Below, piece after piece: positions 59,742 through 64,000 of a DNA stretch of 64,000 bases. How positions within the stretch are numbered: the first letter of the stretch is position 1; each line of letters starts with the position of its first letter. This DNA is from Escherichia phage vB_EcoM_JE01, in sequence record PQ471460.1, one strand, 5' to 3'. The translations under genes and the position numbers were made by a program. The notes under the pieces were generated by a model. The model searched no databases. It had not been told where the DNA came from and was given only the letters and a program-made list of their open reading frames with translations.

Positions 59742-60428
59742 ATGAAACTGTCTAAAGATACTACTGCTCTGCTTAAAAATTTCGCTACTATTAACTCCGG
59801 TATTATGCTTAAATCTGGTCAATTTATTATGACTCGCGCAGTTAATGGTACAACTTATGCAGAAGCAAATATTTCTGACACTATTGATTTTGATGTAGCA
59901 ATTTACGATTTGAACGGTTTTCTCGGTATTCTGTCTCTAGTTAATGATGATGCAGAAATTTCCCAGTCAGAAGATGGAAATATTAAAATTGCTGATGCTC
60001 GTTCAACAATTTTTTGGCCAGCAGCCGATCCAAGTACAGTAGTTGCTCCTAATAAACCAATTCCATTCCCGGTAGCATCTGTTGTTACTGAAATTAAAGC
60101 TGAAGACCTTCAACAGCTATTGCGTGTATCTCGCGGTCTGCAGATTGATACAATTGCTATCACAGTAAAAGAAGGTAAAATCGTAATTAACGGTTTTAAT
60201 AAAGTAGAAGATTCTGCTTTGACCCGTGTTAAATATTCTTTGACTCTTGGTGATTATGATGGTGAAAATACATTTAATTTCATTATCAATATGGCAAATA
60301 TGAAAATGCAACCAGGAAATTATAAACTTCTGCTCTGGGCAAAAGGTAAACAAGGTGCTGCTAAATTTGAAGGTGAACACGCGAATTATGTAGTAGCTCT
60401 TGAAGCTGATTCTACCCACGACTTTTAA
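59742..60428 (+). CDS. 45: DNA polymerase sliding clamp gp45
   Basis: 228 aa; MKLSKDTTALLKNFATINSGIMLKSGQFIMTRAVNGT... matches T4 gp45. Confidence 0.95.
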   Translation: MKLSKDTTALLKNFATINSGIMLKSGQFIMTRAVNGTTYAEANISDTIDFDVAIYDLNGFLGILSLVNDDAEISQSEDGNIKIADARSTIFWPAADPSTVVAPNKPIPFPVASVVTEIKAEDLQQLLRVSRGLQIDTIAITVKEGKIVINGFNKVEDSALTRVKYSLTLGDYDGENTFNFIINMANMKMQPGNYKLLLWAKGKQGAAKFEGEHANYVVALEADSTHDF

Positions 60429-60429
60429 T

Positions 60430-60447
60430 AAAGGGCTTCGGCCCTTT
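60430..60447 (+). other. C(UUCG)G hairpin (AAAGGGC-TTCG-GCCCTTT) between genes 45 and 44
   Basis: 7-bp stem, UUCG loop; no strong U-tract. Confidence 0.6.
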
Positions 60448-60479
60448 ATAATTTACACTAAAACTTGAATGAGGAAATT

Positions 60480-61439
60480 ATGATTACTGTAAATGAAAAA
60501 GAACACATTCTTGAACAGAAATATCGTCCATCTACTATCGATGAATGTATTCTTCCCGCCTTTGATAAAGAAACCTTTAAATCTATTACAAGTAAAGGTA
60601 AGATTCCACATATTATTCTTCATTCTCCTTCTCCAGGAACAGGTAAAACAACCGTAGCAAAAGCATTGTGTCATGATGTAAATGCTGATATGATGTTTGT
60701 GAATGGGTCAGATTGTAAAATTGATTTCGTTCGCGGTCCTTTGACTAATTTTGCTAGTGCAGCTTCATTTGATGGTCGTCAAAAAGTAATCGTTATTGAT
60801 GAATTTGACCGTTCAGGGTTAGCAGAGTCTCAGCGACATCTTCGTTCCTTTATGGAAGCTTATAGTTCAAACTGTAGTATTATTATTACTGCTAACAATA
60901 TTGATGGTATTATTAAACCGCTTCAGTCACGCTGCCGAGTTATTACGTTCGGTCAACCGACCGATGAAGATAAAATTGAAATGATGAAGCAGATGATTCG
61001 TCGATTGACTGAAATCTGTAAGCATGAAGGAATTGCTATAGCTGATATGAAAGTTGTAGCAGCTTTGGTTAAAAAGAATTTTCCTGATTTTCGTAAAACT
61101 ATTGGTGAGCTCGATAGTTATTCGTCTAAAGGTGTTTTGGATGCTGGTATTTTATCACTGGTTACTAACGATCGTGGTGCTATTGATGATGTTCTTGAGT
61201 CTCTCAAAAATAAAGATGTTAAACAGCTCAGAGCTTTAGCACCAAAATATGCAGCTGATTATTCGTGGTTCGTTGGTAAACTTGCTGAAGAAATCTATAC
61301 ACGCGTAACTCCGCAAAGTATTATTCGTATGTATGAAATTGTTGGTGAAAATAACCAGTATCATGGAATTGCGGCTAATACGGAATTACATTTAGCATAT
61401 CTTTTCATTCAATTGGCATGCGAAATGCAGTGGAAGTGA
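60480..61439 (+). CDS. 44: clamp loader large subunit gp44 (AAA+)
   Basis: Track start 60465; ATG 60480 after GAGGAA SD gives [31 protein letters not shown]...; Walker [11 protein letters not shown]. Confidence 0.95.
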   Translation: MITVNEKEHILEQKYRPSTIDECILPAFDKETFKSITSKGKIPHIILHSPSPGTGKTTVAKALCHDVNADMMFVNGSDCKIDFVRGPLTNFASAASFDGRQKVIVIDEFDRSGLAESQRHLRSFMEAYSSNCSIIITANNIDGIIKPLQSRCRVITFGQPTDEDKIEMMKQMIRRLTEICKHEGIAIADMKVVAALVKKNFPDFRKTIGELDSYSSKGVLDAGILSLVTNDRGAIDDVLESLKNKDVKQLRALAPKYAADYSWFVGKLAEEIYTRVTPQSIIRMYEIVGENNQYHGIAANTELHLAYLFIQLACEMQWK

Positions 61440-61440
61440 T

Positions 61441-62004
61441 ATGAGCTTATTTGAAGATGATATTCAATTAAACGAGCATCAAGTTGCTTGGTATTCAAAA
61501 GATTGGACAGCTGTCCAATCTGCTGCTGATTCTTTTAAAGAAAAAGCTGAAAATGAGTTTTTTGAAATAATTGGAGCTATCAATAATAAAACTAAATGCT
61601 CTATTACTCAAAAAGATTATTCAAAATACATGGTTGAGAATGCATTATCACAATTTCCTGAGTGCATGCCAGCTGTATATGCTATGAATTTAATTGGATC
61701 AGGTTTAAGCGATGAAGCCCATTTTAATTATCTGATGGCTGCTGTTCCTCGGGGTAAAAGATACGGTAAATGGGCAAAACTGGTTGAAGATTCTACCGAA
61801 GTATTGATTATTAAGTTACTTGCTAAGCGGTATCAAGTTAATACAAATGATGCAATTAACTATAAATCAATTCTTACTAAAAATGGAAAACTTCCTTTAG
61901 TATTAAAAGAACTAAAAGGTTTAGTCACGGATGATTTTTTGAAAGAAGTGACTAAGAACGTAAAAGAACAGAAACAACTCAAAAAACTAGCATTGGAATG
62001 GTAA
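61441..62004 (+). CDS. 62: clamp loader small subunit gp62
   Basis: 187 aa directly after gene 44. Confidence 0.9.
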   Translation: MSLFEDDIQLNEHQVAWYSKDWTAVQSAADSFKEKAENEFFEIIGAINNKTKCSITQKDYSKYMVENALSQFPECMPAVYAMNLIGSGLSDEAHFNYLMAAVPRGKRYGKWAKLVEDSTEVLIIKLLAKRYQVNTNDAINYKSILTKNGKLPLVLKELKGLVTDDFLKEVTKNVKEQKQLKKLALEW

Positions 62005-62005
62005 A

Positions 62006-62374
62006 ATGATTGAAATTACTCTTAAAAAACCTGAAGATTTTCTGAAAGTTAAAGAAACCTTGACTCGCATGGGAATTGCTAATAATAAAGATAAAGTCCT
62101 GTATCAATCCTGTCATATTCTCCAGAAAAAAGGACTATACTATATCGTCCATTTTAAAGAAATGCTTCGTATGGATGGTCGTCAAGTTGAAATGACAGAA
62201 GAAGATGAAGTTCGTCGTGATTCGATTGCATGGCTGTTAGAAGATTGGGGACTGATTGAAATCGCTCCAGGTCAAAGAACTTTTATGAAAGATTTAACTA
62301 ATAACTTCCGAGTTATTTCTTTTAAGCAAAAACATGAATGGAAACTCGTTCCTAAATATACGATTGGAAATTAA
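62006..62374 (+). CDS. regA: translational repressor RegA
   Basis: 122 aa; MIEITLKKPEDFLKVKETLTRMGIANNKDKVLYQSCHIL... Confidence 0.9.
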   Translation: MIEITLKKPEDFLKVKETLTRMGIANNKDKVLYQSCHILQKKGLYYIVHFKEMLRMDGRQVEMTEEDEVRRDSIAWLLEDWGLIEIAPGQRTFMKDLTNNFRVISFKQKHEWKLVPKYTIGN

Positions 62375-62376
62375 GC

Positions 62377-62394
62377 AAGGGGCTTCGGCCCCTT
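62377..62394 (+). other. C(UUCG)G hairpin (AAGGGGC-TTCG-GCCCCTT) after regA
   Basis: 7-bp stem, UUCG loop. Confidence 0.6.
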
Positions 62395-62412
62395 ATTTGG
62401 AGTATAATATAT

Positions 62413-62452
62413 CAAGAGCCTAATAACTCGGGCTATAAACTAAGGAATATCT
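62413..62452 (+). promoter_or_regulatory. gene 43 translational operator region (hairpin plus RBS)
   Basis: AGCC-UAAUAACUCG-GGCU hairpin then AAGGAA SD before ATG 62453; known T4 gp43 autoregulation site. Confidence 0.5.
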
Positions 62453-64000
62453 ATGAAAGAATTTTATATCTCTATCGAAACAGTCGGAAATAATATTGTT
62501 GAACGTTATATTGATGAAAATGGAAAGGAACGTACTCGTGAAGTAGAATATCTTCCGACTATGTTTAGGCATTGTAAGGAAGAGTCAAAATACAAAGACA
62601 TTTATGGTAAAAATTGTGCTCCTCAAAAATTTCCATCAATGAAAGATGCCCGAGACTGGATGAAACGAATGGAAGACATCGGTCTCGAAGCTCTCGGTAT
62701 GAACGATTTTAAACTCGCTTATATCAGTGATACATATGGTTCAGAAATTGTTTATGACCGAAAATTTGTTCGTGTAGCTAACTGTGACATTGAGGTTACT
62801 GGTGATAAATTTCCTGACCCAATGAAAGCAGAATATGAAATTGATGCTATCACTCATTATGATTCAATTGACGACCGTTTTTACGTCTTTGATTTGTTGA
62901 ATTCAATGTACGGTTCAGTATCAAAATGGGATGCAAAGTTAGCTGCTAAGCTTGACTGTGAAGGTGGTGATGAAGTTCCTCAGGAAATTCTTGACCGAGT
63001 AATTTATATGCCATTTGATAATGAGCGTGATATGCTCATGGAATATATTAATCTCTGGGAACAGAAACGACCTGCTATTTTTACTGGTTGGAATATTGAG
63101 GGATTTGACGTTCCGTATATCATGAATCGTGTTAAAATGGTTCTCGGCGAACGCAGTATGAAACGCTTCTCTCCAATCGGTCGAGTAAAATCTAAACTAA
63201 TTCAAAATATGTACGGTAGCAAAGAAATTTATTCTATTGATGGCGTATCTATTCTTGATTATTTAGATTTGTACAAAAAATTCGCATTTACTAATTTGCC
63301 ATCATTCTCTTTGGAATCAGTTGCTCAACATGAAACCAAAAAAGGTAAATTACCATATGATGGTCCTATTAATAAACTTCGTGAGACTAATCATCAACGA
63401 TACATTAGTTATAACATTATTGACGTAGAATCAGTTCAAGCAATTGATAAAATTCGCGGGTTTATTGATCTAGTTTTAAGTATGTCTTATTACGCTAAAA
63501 TGCCTTTTTCTGGTGTAATGAGTCCTATTAAAACTTGGGATGCTATTATTTTTAACTCATTGAAAGGTGAACATAAGGTTATTCCTCAACAAGGTTCGCA
63601 CGTTAAACAAAGTTTTCCAGGTGCATTTGTATTTGAACCTAAAGCGATTGCTCGTCGATACATTATGAGTTTTGACTTGACGTCTCTGTATCCGAGTATT
63701 ATTCGTCAGGTTAACATTAGTCCTGAAACTATTCGTGGTCAGTTTAAAGTTCATCCAATTCATGAATATATCGCAGGAACCGCTCCTAAGCCAAGTGATG
63801 AGTACTCTTGTTCCCCGAATGGATGGATGTACGATAAGCATCAAGAAGGTATCATTCCAAAGGAAATCGCTAAAGTATTTTTCCAGCGTAAAGATTGGAA
63901 AAAGAAAATGTTCGCTGAAGAAATGAATGCCGAAGCTATTAAAAAGATTATTATGAAAGGCGCAGGGTCTTGCTCAACTAAACCAGAAGTTGAACGATAT
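62453..64000 (+). CDS. 43: DNA polymerase gp43, N-terminal part (gene continues past window end)
   Basis: MKEFYISIETVGNNIVERYIDENGKERTREVEYLPTMFRHCKEESKYKDIYGK...; exonuclease motif VANCDIEV; open to window edge. Confidence 0.95.
   Translation, partial: MKEFYISIETVGNNIVERYIDENGKERTREVEYLPTMFRHCKEESKYKDIYGKNCAPQKFPSMKDARDWMKRMEDIGLEALGMNDFKLAYISDTYGSEIVYDRKFVRVANCDIEVTGDKFPDPMKAEYEIDAITHYDSIDDRFYVFDLLNSMYGSVSKWDAKLAAKLDCEGGDEVPQEILDRVIYMPFDNERDMLMEYINLWEQKRPAIFTGWNIEGFDVPYIMNRVKMVLGERSMKRFSPIGRVKSKLIQNMYGSKEIYSIDGVSILDYLDLYKKFAFTNLPSFSLESVAQHETKKGKLPYDGPINKLRETNHQRYISYNIIDVESVQAIDKIRGFIDLVLSMSYYAKMPFSGVMSPIKTWDAIIFNSLKGEHKVIPQQGSHVKQSFPGAFVFEPKAIARRYIMSFDLTSLYPSIIRQVNISPETIRGQFKVHPIHEYIAGTAPKPSDEYSCSPNGWMYDKHQEGIIPKEIAKVFFQRKDWKKKMFAEEMNAEAIKKIIMKGAGSCSTKPEVERY

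Overview
This 64 kb window is a contiguous segment of a T4-like (T-even, Tevenvirinae) myovirus genome, called by reading the sequence against remembered T4 proteins; no database search was run. Positions 1-14283 carry minus-strand late baseplate and tail genes (wac N-terminus, 12, 11, 10, 9, 8, 7, 6, 5.4, 5.1, 5, 53). From 14331 onward almost everything is on the plus strand: 4, 2, an inserted HNH endonuclease, 3, 1, 57A, 57B (Acb1), ipI, a cluster of 8 tRNAs split by a segB-like GIY-YIG gene and followed by stable RNAs, eight small ORFs ending in nudE, lysozyme e, ipIII, ipII, denV, the vs block (including a glycyl-radical cofactor gene and an Acb2-like ORF), regB, tk, rI, a hyperplastic block of about 20 mostly unknown ORFs, nrdC, 49, an intronless nrdD, nrdG, 55, agt, 47, 46, a minus-strand HNH endonuclease, 45.2, rpbA, 45, 44, 62, regA and the 5' part of 43. 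Regulatory signals are typical of T4: GTTTAC/TATAAT early promoters, MotA-box middle promoters, TATAAATA late promoters and recurrent C(UUCG)G hairpins. The most interesting candidates are a tandem array of four coiled-coil paralogs (40568-44536), a nucleotidyltransferase/AAA+ ATPase block (35856-38407), a mosaic gene with a host-like glycyl-radical domain (28043-28399), and two paralogous HNH endonuclease insertions. The ORF track uses TTG/GTG as well as ATG starts, so many starts were moved to the first ATG with a Shine-Dalgarno sequence. At the gene 10/11 junction my reading of the printed sequence disagrees with the track by one base; track coordinates are used for ORFs, and features called directly from sequence may be off by 1-2 nt.
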